Below, piece by piece: positions 49,401-60,901 of a stretch of DNA of 64,000 bases. Under the pieces are notes generated by a model. That model worked only from the letters and a program-made list of their open reading frames with translations, was not told where the DNA came from and did no database searches. This stretch comes from Squalus acanthias (Eukaryota), in assembly GCA_030390025.1 (NCBI GenBank), contig CM059431.1, forward strand, positions 147,004,001-147,068,000, read 5' to 3'. How positions within the stretch are numbered: the stretch's first letter is position 1; every line of letters begins with the position of its first letter. The translations under genes were made by a program, and so were the position numbers.

Positions 49401-50108
49401 TGAATGCTGTCACCCTCGATTTGTCTGTTTGGTTCACCGTCTCCTTCACATTTGATCGATTTGTTGTTATCTGCTCCCAGAAGTTTAAAGCGCAGTATTG
49501 CACCGAGAAGTGCGGCAGCGATTATAACATCGTTCATGGTCCTAATCATTTTGAAGGACATCCCCGTTTTGATAGCATTTGAACCTGAACAAATAATTAA
49601 CAAAGTGCAGAGGGGCTGCCGGAAAAGTGTGGCATTTGTTTCCTCGCCTCCTGGTGTAGCCTAGCTCTGGTTTCAAAGCGCCTTGGGCGTTTGGCTTCCT
49701 TTTGCTTTGATTGCCTTGTTTAATTATTTGGCAGTCAGACGTATTTTAGTGGCCAGCAGAGCCCGCAGGAGACTCCGGGGTCACAGGATTGAGAATCAGA
49801 GCGATCCAGAGATGGAGAACCGAAGGAAATCCATCATTTTACTATTCACTATTTCGGGCAGTTTTATATTTTTGTGGCTTACATCTGTCGTGTGTTTGGT
49901 AACTACCAGACTGACAAATATCAATTATTACCGAGGTGACCGCACAGACCCTGCATATATCGCCACTGAAAGCGAAACAATGTTGACGTTTTTGAGTTGC
50001 TTTCAAAACCCGTGCATTTATGCAGCGACCCAAAGGAGATTCAGAGAAGAGCTGAAGAATGTGGTTAAATTCCCCTGGACCCTGATTCTGAGATTAGTAA
50101 GAAAATGA
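46402..50108 (+). pseudogene. GPR139-like GPCR pseudogene, two exons (46402-46471, 49204-50108)
   Basis: Exon 1 MGRPTILLIKEIYYPILAAVGGA. Exon 2 is paralogous to 31665-32554 but has a 2-nt insertion and TGA near 49230-49246, a frameshift near 49506, and TAG at 49662-49664. Confidence 0.9.
46710..49060 (-). mobile_element. 5'-truncated CR1 LINE in the pseudogene intron
   Basis: (CATAGAAA)n tail; KFADD, QHGFTKGKSCLTNL and LGRSDQN (endonuclease end) fragments. Confidence 0.93.
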
Positions 50109-51059
50109 GAATAAAAATAAACAAGTCAAACGAAGGCTTCCTCGTAACTAAATCTCATTATCCACCGTAGAAGGTCCTTCTTTCTGGTAATGTGAAAACT
50201 GGGTGAGTTCTTGTGTAAATATTTCTTCCATTTTGCAGCATGCGCTTGATATCTCCAATGCTTAATTTCTCATGCTGATTTCGTTGAGCAAATATAACCT
50301 ATTCCTGCAAATTTAGCACATTTCAAGTTCAGGGATCAAACATAACAATGATGAGGTTCAGCAGTGGACACGTGAGCAAAAGAGGAATCCACCTTACACT
50401 GCAGATACTGGGATAGGGCGCGCCACTTTACAATCATCAATAACGTTTCATTCGGTGCCAAAACAATCAAAGGTCTTGCGATCGCCGATATTGGTAATTT
50501 TCCTGGAAGTTTGGTGTGAATATTGCAGGCGCGGGTCTCTCTATCGGACTTCATTCCTCATTGACAAATAGAGCGGGCTCTTGTCAGGAGTTCAAATGGC
50601 GGAAACATTCGGAACTCAGCTCATCGATGTGACCTTTCACATCTTTTGTCCCAGATACTGACTTAAAATTTCGATTGTGCGCTGACTGGTGTCTCTCACT
50701 CAGCACAAAGATGGAGTCTGCTCTTGTTTTGTGCTGCCGACAAAAGTATCATAAGTAATATTATTGATATTCTGTCTCAATCAGTCTCCCAAACAAAGGT
50801 GTAAAGGAATGTAAAATGAAAGACGTTTCATAAAGTTATTCATTATTACAATTGTTGCAAGTGATCTGCTAAAACACTGCCAGAAATTCAGATAACATAC
50901 AAATAATATTCAGTATTCAGTGTTTGGATGAACATTTGCAGACTGTCAGAAAGAATCTTTGATCATTATCGTCTTATTATGTGGTTACACATTGTTGAAA
51001 ATAATAATTGAAAAATACCAGCACTTTGAATCAGTTACATATTGTTCATCGGTGATCTC

Positions 51060-51585
51060 GCCTGATTGTGGGAGAAATGCCAAGGAATGGGAGCAGAGTC
51101 TCAATGGGAAGGAGCTGAAGTGTGTGGATGGACAGCGAGGGATAGCAATCCAAATATTCAATTCCGAGAAAGTTCATGAGCAAACCAACAGGAATTACTG
51201 TTTTATAGACAGGGACATTAATCACAAGAATAAACCAGTGATGGCGAATCTTTACAAAATGTTGGTGAGACCACCGTTAGAATACCAGGTACAGCTCTGG
51301 CCCCTCATTGTGGAAAGGCCATTAAATCCACTGAGAGCGGGCATTGTTGATACATCAGGATGGTGCCACGGATCAGAACTATACTGGTGATGAGGGTCAA
51401 GTTATTGGGACTATTTGCACTGGAGCAGCGAAAGCTAATACACGATTTAATAGAGATTCTAAAAATTATTAACAGTTTCCTCAGAGTGAAGAGGAAGTGA
51501 TTATTCCATATAGTAAGGGAGCTTGCAATAAAGGGCGATCGACTTAAAATGCTCACAAAGCGTTTAGACGAAACTGCATTGCAGA
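51060..51585 (+). mobile_element. Old degraded CR1 fragment
   Basis: NLYKMLVRPPLEYQVQLWP and LEQRKLIHDLIE-like ORF2 C-terminus. Confidence 0.7.
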
Positions 51586-51594
51586 GTACTAAAA

Positions 51595-53130
51595 GGGGTA
51601 GCCATGGAAATAGTGGATGCAATGGTTGTCATCTTCCAAAATTCTATAGATTATGGAACAGTTCCAGCAGATTGGAGGGTGGAAAATGTAACCCCACTAT
51701 TTAAAAGAGGAGGAAGAGAGAAAACCGGGTACTACAGACCGGTTAGCCTGGCATCAGTAGTAGGGAAATTGCTGGAGTCTATTATGAAGAATGTGATAAC
51801 AGGACACTTAGAAAATATCAACGGGATTATACAAAGTCAACATGGATTTTTGAAATGGAAATCGTGCTTGACAAACCTACTTGAGTTTTTTGAGATGCAA
51901 CTGGTAGAATAGATAAGGGAGAACTAGTAGATGTGGTGTATTTGGATATTCAGAAGGCCTTTGATAAAGTCCCACATAAGAGGTTAGTGTGCACAGTTAA
52001 AGCACATGGGATTGGGTGTAATATACTGGCATGGATTGAAAATAGGTTATCACACAGGAAACAGAGAGTCGGAATAAATGGATCTTTTTCGGGTTGGAAG
52101 GCGGTAACTAGTGGGGTACCGCAGTGATCAGTGCTTGGGCCCCAGCTATTCACAATATATATCAATGACTTGGATGATTGAAACAAATGTAATATTTCCA
52201 AGTTTGCTGACAACACGAAACTAGGTGGGATTGTGAGCCGTGAGGAGGATGCAAAGACGCTTCAAGGCGATTTAGAAATGTTGAGTGAGTGGGCAAATGC
52301 ATGGCATATGCAGTATAACGTGGATAAATGCGAAGTTTACTGAACGGTGGAGTATTATTTAAATTGTGCTGGTTGGGAAATGTTGATGTACAAAGGGTCC
52401 TGCGTGTCCTTGTACACCAGTCACTGAAAGCAAACATGCAGGTGCAGCAAGCAGTTAGGAAGGCAAATGGCATGCTGGCCTTCATTGCAAGTTGATTTGA
52501 GTACAGGAGCAAAGATGTCTTACTACAGTTGTACAGGGCCTTGGTGAGACCACAGCTGGAGTACTGTGTGCTGTTTTGTTCTCCTGTTTTGGTATCCTTA
52601 TCTGAATAAGGATATACTTGCCATAGAGGGAGTGCAGCGAAGATTCACCAGACTGATTCCTGGGATGGCAGGACTGTAGTATGAGGAGAGATTGGGTCGA
52701 CTAGGCCTGTATTCACTAGAGTTTAGAAGAATGAGTGGGAATCTCATTGAAACGTATAAAATTCTGACAGGGCTAGACAGACTGTATGCAGGGAGGATGT
52801 TTCCCCTGGCTGGGGGGGGTCTACAGCGATGGGTCATAGTCTCAAGATACGGTGTAGGACATTTAGGACTGAGATGAGGAGATATTTCTTCACTCACAGG
52901 GTGGCGAACCTGAGGAATTCTCTCCTACAGAAGGCTGCGGAGGCCAACTCACTGAATATATTTAAGAAGGAGATAGATAGATTTCTAGACACAAAAGGCA
53001 TCAAGGGGTATGTGGAGAGAGCGGGAAATGGTATTGAGATAGAAGATCAGCCATGATTATATTGAATGGCGGAGCAGGCAAGAAGGTCCAAATGGCTTAC
53101 TCCTGCTCTTATTTTTCTATGTTTCTATGT
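51595..53130 (+). mobile_element. 5'-truncated CR1 LINE
   Basis: VPADWRVENVTPLFK, YRPVSLAS, LDIQKAFDKVPH, and a (TTTCTATG)n tail. Confidence 0.93.
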
Positions 53131-53646
53131 TTTTTTTCTATTTATTTTATTTATCAAGCGGCCAATGCTGGTCCTCACGATCAACCTGCTAGATACAATG
53201 AATAATGAAAAACCGATTTTTTAATCCTTAATATTGCTCCCGACGATGCCTCCTATTCTCTTTTAAATGGATAAATATATTTTAATTTCACACCCACTAG
53301 CTCTTTCATAACTACTTTCGCTTGTCTAATCTAGTGTTCGGACATCCTAGACCCGCACCACTGCCTGAGTCACACACGCGCACGGGTGAATTATTGGAAA
53401 ATTATGGAACCGCTTCCTCAGCTTTCATTCCATTGTCATTATTGGCTGAAGGTCACGGGCATTGCTCGACGCACAGAATCATAGAATCAGAAAGCCCATA
53501 AGGAGACCATGCGGCCTATCATGCCACTCTCGGCTCTTTGAACGAGGCATCCAATTTGTGCAACTCCGCTGCTCTTTCCCCACAGCCCAGCAAAACTTGC
53601 TTTTTCAAGTATATATGTAATTCCCTCTTGAAGTTATTATTTTATA

Positions 53647-54110
53647 CAGGTGTCAGCATTGACTGTGTGGTAGCACTCTCGCCTCTGCATCAGATGGCAG
53701 TGGTTATAGATCGCTCCAAAGTTTTGCACTTAAAATCTATGCTGACACCTCAGTGCAGTACTGAGTGTGTGCTGCACTGTCGGAGGTGCAGTCTTTCGGA
53801 TGGAACGTCAAACCGAGGCGCCGACTGCTCAGTCAGGAGGACTTAAAATATTCCACAGCATTATTTCAAAGAAGAGCAGGGGAGGTGTCCACACAGTCCT
53901 GGCCAATATTCATCCCTCGAACGACATCACTAAAACAGATTATCTGGTCATTTTCTCATTGCTGTTTGTGGGAGCTTGCTGTTCTCAAATTGGATGTCCC
54001 GCTTCCTACATTACGACAGTGAACACACTTCAAAAAGTACTTCATTGACTGTCAAGCGCATTGGGACGTCCGCAGTTCGTGAACGGAGCTGTAATCAGGC
54101 AATGCATTTC
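53647..54110 (+). mobile_element. Near full-length Deu-domain SINE with tRNA-derived head, between minus-strand CR1 3' remnants (about 53476-54330)
   Basis: gtggtagcactctcgcctctg head and the Deu core shared with 5179-5514. Confidence 0.82.
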
Positions 54111-56511
54111 TGGTCATAACAGCTCGCTATGTAAAAAAATCACCTCATCTCCTCGCTGGATTATTTGCCAATTACCTTAAATTGTGGCCGTGATTACCAA
54201 TGCTTCTGCCAGTGGAAACAATGCTGCCTTATTTAGTCAAAACCCCTCATAATTTTGAACAAATCTCTCCTGAACTTTGCATGCTCCTTGGAGAACTATC
54301 CCAGGTTCTGGCCATGTCGACAGTTTTCAGGTCTTTCACCTACTGTGAAGAAGGCCCCGCCCGAGACATCACATGCGGGCACTTCCAATATCACCTTGAA
54401 CGATTTCTTGATCAGTTTATATGATTATCCTTTATTTTTTATGTATAATCAACAATTTAATATTAAGCAAAATACATTTTAAGTATGTTAACCAATTCCC
54501 CTTTGAAACGGATCCAACTTCTTCCTTTAACGATTTTATCGATTCGCTTGTAATATTTTACCGATCGATATTTAAAAGCTGAGAACAAAATAAAATTGAT
54601 ATTTTATTAATCCAAAGTGTGGCTGTCTCCGTCTATTGTTTTCGAAACTTCCCCCTTACTTTCTCATCATGGCCCCGCTCACCTGGTTCCCTTTCTTTCT
54701 GTCGGATCCCACACTCTGCCCGATCCCAGTCTTACGGGTTTCCTCACTCTGCCAGTTACCAGTCCCACAGCTTCATGCAATCTGTCAATTCGCGATCTCC
54801 CCTTTGTTCGAGAATGGCCCCTAGAGTATCTGAGGCATAGAGTTCCAATGAAATGTGTTATTGATGTCACAGGAAGTGTTGGGCTTACCTCATTTGGACT
54901 GTGCGGACACCTCAGGTAAGCTAATCATAGAAATGGTATTTCCGCAATTTATATGTCACACAGCTCAGTACAAGAAATTCTAGGGATTCACAATTCCAGT
55001 TTTGAAGAAATTATTGAAAATTCTGCTTTCTATCTTTCGAACAGAGGAAACCTCCAGGTGATCTAATGCAAGTTTTAATGTTACGAGGAGAATGCACAAA
55101 TTACTCAAATTCTTCACTGTAGGAAGGACTTAAATCATAAATATCTACAAGTTCAAAACGTGAAATTAAGAGTAAGAAGGACCGCGGGACAGAACATTTC
55201 AGCTCATTGGGTAACTGCATTCTGTATGTTATTTATTGAATTAAGAGGAGGGTCATTCAGCACAAATCTCTTTATCTGATTCTGAAGTTGACAACTATCT
55301 TACCAAAATTTTATGAAATGGCAAACATAACCTTCTGTAAATAAACTACAACATCCATGTGCTGCGTAACACATGAAAAGGTAAACTGATGAATCTCAAT
55401 CTGAGGAGTTTAACAATCGATATACAAAGAAGAAAGCAGGAAAATTATCTTGAAAGAAGCGAATAGCATCAAAAACATACCTTAAATGGTGTACACCTGT
55501 CACGTCATATACTGCAGTTTAGGAGCCAATAATGGGAACTTTATTATTTAACGTTATTTTGTTAAGTTGCCGATTGATCCTAATCATCCTCACTGTCATT
55601 AATGGCATAGTTTGCGGTCTCTGCCCCTACTGTAACAAATCCAAAGCTGGCGACTCAGTTATATGCATTCCATTGAAGTACAAACAGAGGAATTCGGTTG
55701 TGTTGTGTTGAAGGGACCCATAACATCAAATACACGGAATCTCCTGTGTTGCAAATCCAAGTATCTTCCCACGTCGTGGAGATCCCATTGTTGGAAAGCT
55801 GGATTTTATTATTCTGAAAGATATATGCTGAGGAAGATGTTGAATCCTTCATTCACTCCTTTAACTCCTCACGAAGGAATTGGATTAAAGAGGAGTATGG
55901 GCGGGGTTATGCAGCTTTGCAGAATTGAGAGTTAAACGCACTGACGTGCACTGCGACTCTGCTGCATTCTGGGAGTTGTAGTCCACCCGTGACAGAGACG
56001 CAAAATGAACTGGTGCATTATGGGAGACCGGTACTGGGCTGAGTATCTTGATTTTGAAATTATTGCAAAATGTAAGGATCCGGCTCCAGAAAGAGATACA
56101 AGGTTGTGGTGAGACTACAGGATGCATTTATCACAGATAATTGCTGATAAACCCCATATGTTTACTTTCAATTCCAATTTAAAATGATTTTTATGAATGT
56201 ATTACCTTTACTTATGTATTGTAATGATTGTATATAGTGCGTGATGCGGTTCAGTTGAACCACTAGCAAAAATAAAATAATTTCTATAGTTTTCTGATTG
56301 ATGCCAATTACTCTTAAAGAAAAGTCTCGCGGAGGGTTCACGTGAATTTGTGTCTTTCTCTGCAGTCTGAGCTCTTCACTGTGAGCATCATCTCCCGAAG
56401 ATACTTTAAGATCCCACATCCGCTTCCCACAATCATTATCTCCGCTTTCTTAGTGCAGCATTTGTTAAATTTACACCCTACACTGCGGCTTACTGCGAAC
56501 AATGGCACGGG

Positions 56512-58295
56512 ATCATAGAATCATAGAATCATAGAATTATACAGTACCGAAGGAGGCCATTTTGCCCATTGTGCCTGTGCCGGCTCTTTGAACGAGATAA
56601 CAAATTAGTCCCACTGCTCTGCTACTTACTTTTTTTCATTTATTTTATACATTATGTTCCTTTTTTGTGCCAATTTCCTTAAATCTGTGTCCTCTGGTTA
56701 CCGAGAAAACTGCCGCTGGAAACAATTTATTAATTTTTACTTAATCAAAACCCTTCCTAATTTGAATTCAGCTTGGTGCTCCGCTGATCTTTTTACCCTA
56801 CATTTATCTTAACCTTACTTTTTTCTGTGATCAAATTTATATTTAATTTTGGCAAACATTTTGCTAACAGGTCTATCATGTAGTACTTTATCAAACGCCT
56901 TTTGAAAGTCCTATACACAACATCAACTGCACTATCCTCATCAACCCGCTCAGTTACTTCATGAAAGGAAACAATCAACTTCGTAAAACAATCCGTGCTG
57001 GCTTTCATTGATTAACCCACATTTTCCAAGTGCGAATTAAGTAGCTGTCGGATTATTGGGCCGGATATTCATTTCCCTACGGGTGTGTCCGCACCAGTTG
57101 GGACATCGGAAATGTCGGTTTCAGCCAAGCACAGCGCATGCGCTGAAAACAGACATTTCCGATCTATCAAGAATGTTCTCGACAGATCGGACCCCTGCCC
57201 TGGAGAAGGGCCTCTGCGGGCAGAAAGTTCCGCTTTCTGGAGACCCTCCGCCCGCAGAAAAATGTTAGAATGCTTTTGTCTGGTAAAACCAGGATAAGAG
57301 TTGAAAAAAGAAAAAAAAATCACTGTTTTATCATTTAAAAACACTTTTAAAAGAAGGTAAGTTTATCTTTAGCCCCGTAAAAACTTTAAATATGTTTTTC
57401 AAAAAAATATTTTTAGTTTAAAATAGTTAATTTATCGTTGTTTCAAATAATTTTAAAAAGGTGATTTAAAAAAAATATTTAAATTTTTCTATATTTTTTC
57501 ATTGATCTCCATTCATATATTTGACAGGTGTATCTGTCAAGTGCATGAACGGAAATTCCCATCTTCTATTGGCTCCCCATTGCCCACCTGATCCCAGGGA
57601 CGCTTGCGAACCGCCTGCGTCTCTGGGATACGTGGGCCCTGCACATTTTGAGTATGGAGAGGCCCAGGAGCGGAAGTATCGGCGCCTCGGGAGCCCTCAG
57701 GTCAGTTCGTAGATTTTTACAGATTGGAGTCCTCCGCACGCAGGAGGCCTCGGATCGGAAAATACGGCCCATTGTTTCTAAATGTTTCTGCACGACGTTA
57801 GGCTGACTGGCCTGAAGTTTCCAGGTTTATCCCTGTCGACTGAGAGCTGCCGACCTTTTTATTTATGTTTTTCCTGTATAATTTCTCTACTATCGCCTCC
57901 TTTACTGCGACATTGGCAGCATGCGTTTCTTTAGTAAGGACACATGCAAAGTATTCATGTAGTACCTGAGCCATGCCCCGTGCCTGCACAAGAAAACTTC
58001 CAAATCGGCCCCATCTTTGAGAGTGCCACACCCCCGGTGGATCCCTGCACCTCCTGCCCCTTCGCACCCTTCCGATGGCGACCAACTTACTATCCTCCTG
58101 AACTCATTGTGGTTGCGGGGTGACCACCTCCTGGAACATGTGATCGAGCAAATTCTCAGCCCTGCAGTGACGCCAGCCGCTCCGCAAGGTCAGAAACTCT
58201 GAGCTTAAGTTCGAGCAGATGGAGGCACTTCATGGACACGTGATTATCATGGACTGGTGAAGAGCCCTGGAGTTCCAACATGTCACAGGAATATT
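56512..58295 (-). mobile_element. Internally deleted CR1 remnants (tail, RT pieces, ORF1 zinc finger/leucine zipper)
   Basis: (ATCATAGA)n tail; EVTERVDEDSAVDVVY; CDMLELQ...DNHVSMKCLHLLELKLRVSDL (58156-58295). Confidence 0.75.
57058..57770. mobile_element. Non-autonomous DNA transposon (MITE, probably Harbinger-type), 713 bp
   Basis: TIRs GGGCCGGATATT and AAATACGGCCC; 3-bp TSD ATT (57055-57057, 57771-57773); interrupts CR1 sequence; AT-rich centre. Confidence 0.78.
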
Positions 58296-59446
58296 CATTG
58301 TTGTTATCAATGTAAGTTGCAGCATCTAAATTCCATAGAAATCGCAATGGAAGCTTAAAGAAAGTTTAAAAATAAACTAACATTATTTTAAATTAAACGA
58401 CCGTTCATAAAATAAATTTTCTTTCAAATAAATGAAATGAATTACATTAATTGAATTACCTTAAATTAAACTTCTTACAGTTTGTATGTTCAGTTGTTTT
58501 ATTTGACTTTTTCAGTTCAAGGATAATAAATAAATCACTAACATTTATGCCTACTGTTTTTTCGGGATCATTAGACTTGTGGACATCAGCTGTAGGCGTT
58601 GATTTTTTTCTCCGTTAATATAACATAAGATGTATTTAATTACGGCTGAGGTAAAGATCCCTTTACATTCTTCTAGCATTGTGTGGAACAAGAGGCAGAT
58701 TCTAATGTTAAGGACGGCCGTCAGACTCAGGATGGAGCTCTGTAATCCTGCACTAACAGTTTACAACGACAGAACAATCTGCACTGTTATAGAAACAAAT
58801 CCAACGCAATCATCGTGTTCCGACTTATAGATACATGATGGAGAACTTCGGGTGAGTTACATCCCAAATTTTTAACTCTTTCTTTCGACCCGATTATGCA
58901 ATACATTTTAAATAAATATTTACATCTGTTACTGAGTCTAAGGGGTAAAAATTCAGTTGGTTGCGCCTCCCGTTAGCGCCTTAAATGGGCGCTAATGGGG
59001 CGTTAAGGCGCTAACGCCCGGGCGCAGCGCTGTTTGCGCCGCTCGAGAACTTAACTTGAGATTGTGCGGCAGCGCTAAAACTTACCGCTGCGACCACCTG
59101 CGCGCGCAGATTGTGACGTCAGTCCGTGGTGCAACGCCCTTGGGGCGCCCCGGAGCGGAAATTGAGTGGCGCCCCCTGCCTTACCGCCTGGCGCTTCCAA
59201 CGACCGGAAGACTGGAACGTTATCAATCGGTCTGGGGCTGGGGGGGGGCGCTATTTAAAGGGGGCCTCTTCCTGTCTTTTTCTGTGGTCGACATTTATGC
59301 ACCACTCGTTCTGAGAGAGAGAGATTCGGAGAGAGAGAGAGACTTCTACATTGACTCAACGCTTTGTGAGTTAGTTTTGCCTAGTTCATCCTAACTTTGC
59401 TGCTACTTTCGTTGCTGTACCTCATTACTTTTCTGGCAAAGAGAAG

Positions 59447-60607
59447 ATGGGGGCTGCAATGATTGGGGGCGTCGTCCTGCTCCAGCTCAATCGGAGCAGA
59501 GTGAGACGCAGACAGAGAGTGGCAATGATGGCCAGACGGAGGAGGCCCATCAGGCGCATGTACAGGAGAGCTTACCCTCCCAGGGTATATCGTGAACAGC
59601 TCTCCTACATCCACATGTCCGAGGAGCTGTGTTTGCGAAGGCTGCGATTCAGCAAGGAGGTGGTCACTGAGCTCTGCCACCTGCTGCAGCCAGATCTGCA
59701 GCCTCAGCTGAGGTCCAGGACGTCTCTGTCGGTGGCAGTGAAGGTCACAGTGGCCTTGAACTTCTACGCCACTGGCTCATTCCAAGCTGCTGTTGGGGAC
59801 CTCGCCAATATCTCCCAGTTTGCGGTGCATCGCTGCATCCGGCAGGTCACCAATGCCCTCTTCACAAGGAGACGAGACTTCATCTCCTTCCCTATGACCC
59901 CAGACAAGCAGCATGACCGTGCTATGGGCTTTGCGAGGGTAGCGAGCTTCCCCATGGTGCAGGGCGCCATTGACTGCACGCATGTGGCTTTGCGTGCTCC
60001 GCGAGAGAATGCAGAGGAGTTCCGGAACAGAAAGGGGTTCCATTCCTTGAATGTGCAGTTGGTCTGTGACCACAGACAGGTGATTCTCGCTGTCAATGCC
60101 CACTATCCGGGCAGCTGCCACGATGCTTTCATCCTGCGCCAGAGTACTGTGGCAGAAATTTTCGAGGCACCGCATCAGCCAGTCGGTTGGCTTCTGGGGG
60201 ACAAGGGGTACGCATTGAGCACCTGGCTGATGACACCGCTCCGTGCGCCAAACACCCCTGCTGAGCTGCGGTACCAGGAAAGCCAACAAGCAACGAGGAA
60301 CATTATTGAGCGCACAATCGGCGTGCTCAAACAACGATTCCGCTGTCTGGACCATTCCGGAGGAGCCCTGCAGTACTCGCCTGAGCAAGTTTCCAAATTC
60401 GTAGTGGTGTGCTGCATGTTGCACAACATGGCAATCCTCAGGACGCAGCCAATGCCACCAGGCCTTGCAGCACCACAGGAGGAGGAGGAGGAAGAGGAGG
60501 AACAGGCCGAGGACGATGATCAGCAGCAGCACCAAGGCAGGAGGGCGGCCCACAATGGTCAAACTGCAAGGGCCGTCCGTCAACGACTAATAGCAAGCCG
60601 CTTCTAG
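59447..60607 (+). CDS. Harbinger DDE transposase (HARBI1-like family), 386 aa, intact
   Basis: GAIDCTHV, NRKGFHSLNVQLVCD, PGSCHDAFIL, LLGDKGY and RNIIERTIGVLKQRFRCL. TATA-like TATTTAAA at 59252; AATAAA at 60769-60774. Confidence 0.95.
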   Translation: MGAAMIGGVVLLQLNRSRVRRRQRVAMMARRRRPIRRMYRRAYPPRVYREQLSYIHMSEELCLRRLRFSKEVVTELCHLLQPDLQPQLRSRTSLSVAVKVTVALNFYATGSFQAAVGDLANISQFAVHRCIRQVTNALFTRRRDFISFPMTPDKQHDRAMGFARVASFPMVQGAIDCTHVALRAPRENAEEFRNRKGFHSLNVQLVCDHRQVILAVNAHYPGSCHDAFILRQSTVAEIFEAPHQPVGWLLGDKGYALSTWLMTPLRAPNTPAELRYQESQQATRNIIERTIGVLKQRFRCLDHSGGALQYSPEQVSKFVVVCCMLHNMAILRTQPMPPGLAAPQEEEEEEEEQAEDDDQQQHQGRRAAHNGQTARAVRQRLIASRF

Positions 60608-60901
60608 GGCCCCTGCCAGTGCTACAAACACGAATCAACCCAGCACGCAACCCCTAAGCCGGCCAAGGCACCAATAATTCCAACCACCAGCCATGTATAT
60701 TTTGAATACAGAAACTTATTTATTGTACAAACTCTGTGTGTGTCAATTCCTCATGACAAACTCATAGAAATAAACACAAAAAAACAGTCAATAATATAAC
60801 TGGTTCTCACAACCTGGAGATAATGTCCAAAACACTAAACAAAAGTTGGGCCATGAACCTCGGCCTTTAATAAAAAAATGACCAGCATTTTGGCACACCT
60901 C

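Noticed and set aside
54600..56450. Short ORFs and a possible promoter/exon (GGAAGTG, CAG|GTAAGC at about 54915)
   Set aside because: No recognisable protein similarity or consistent exon chain.
59447..60607. Domesticated host gene HARBI1
   Set aside because: It lies within TIRs and a TSD with a Myb partner gene, so it is a transposon copy.
59764..60650. Antisense ORFs over the transposase (and similar ones over ERV, Gypsy and CR1 genes)
   Set aside because: Shadow ORFs of coding sequence on the opposite strand.
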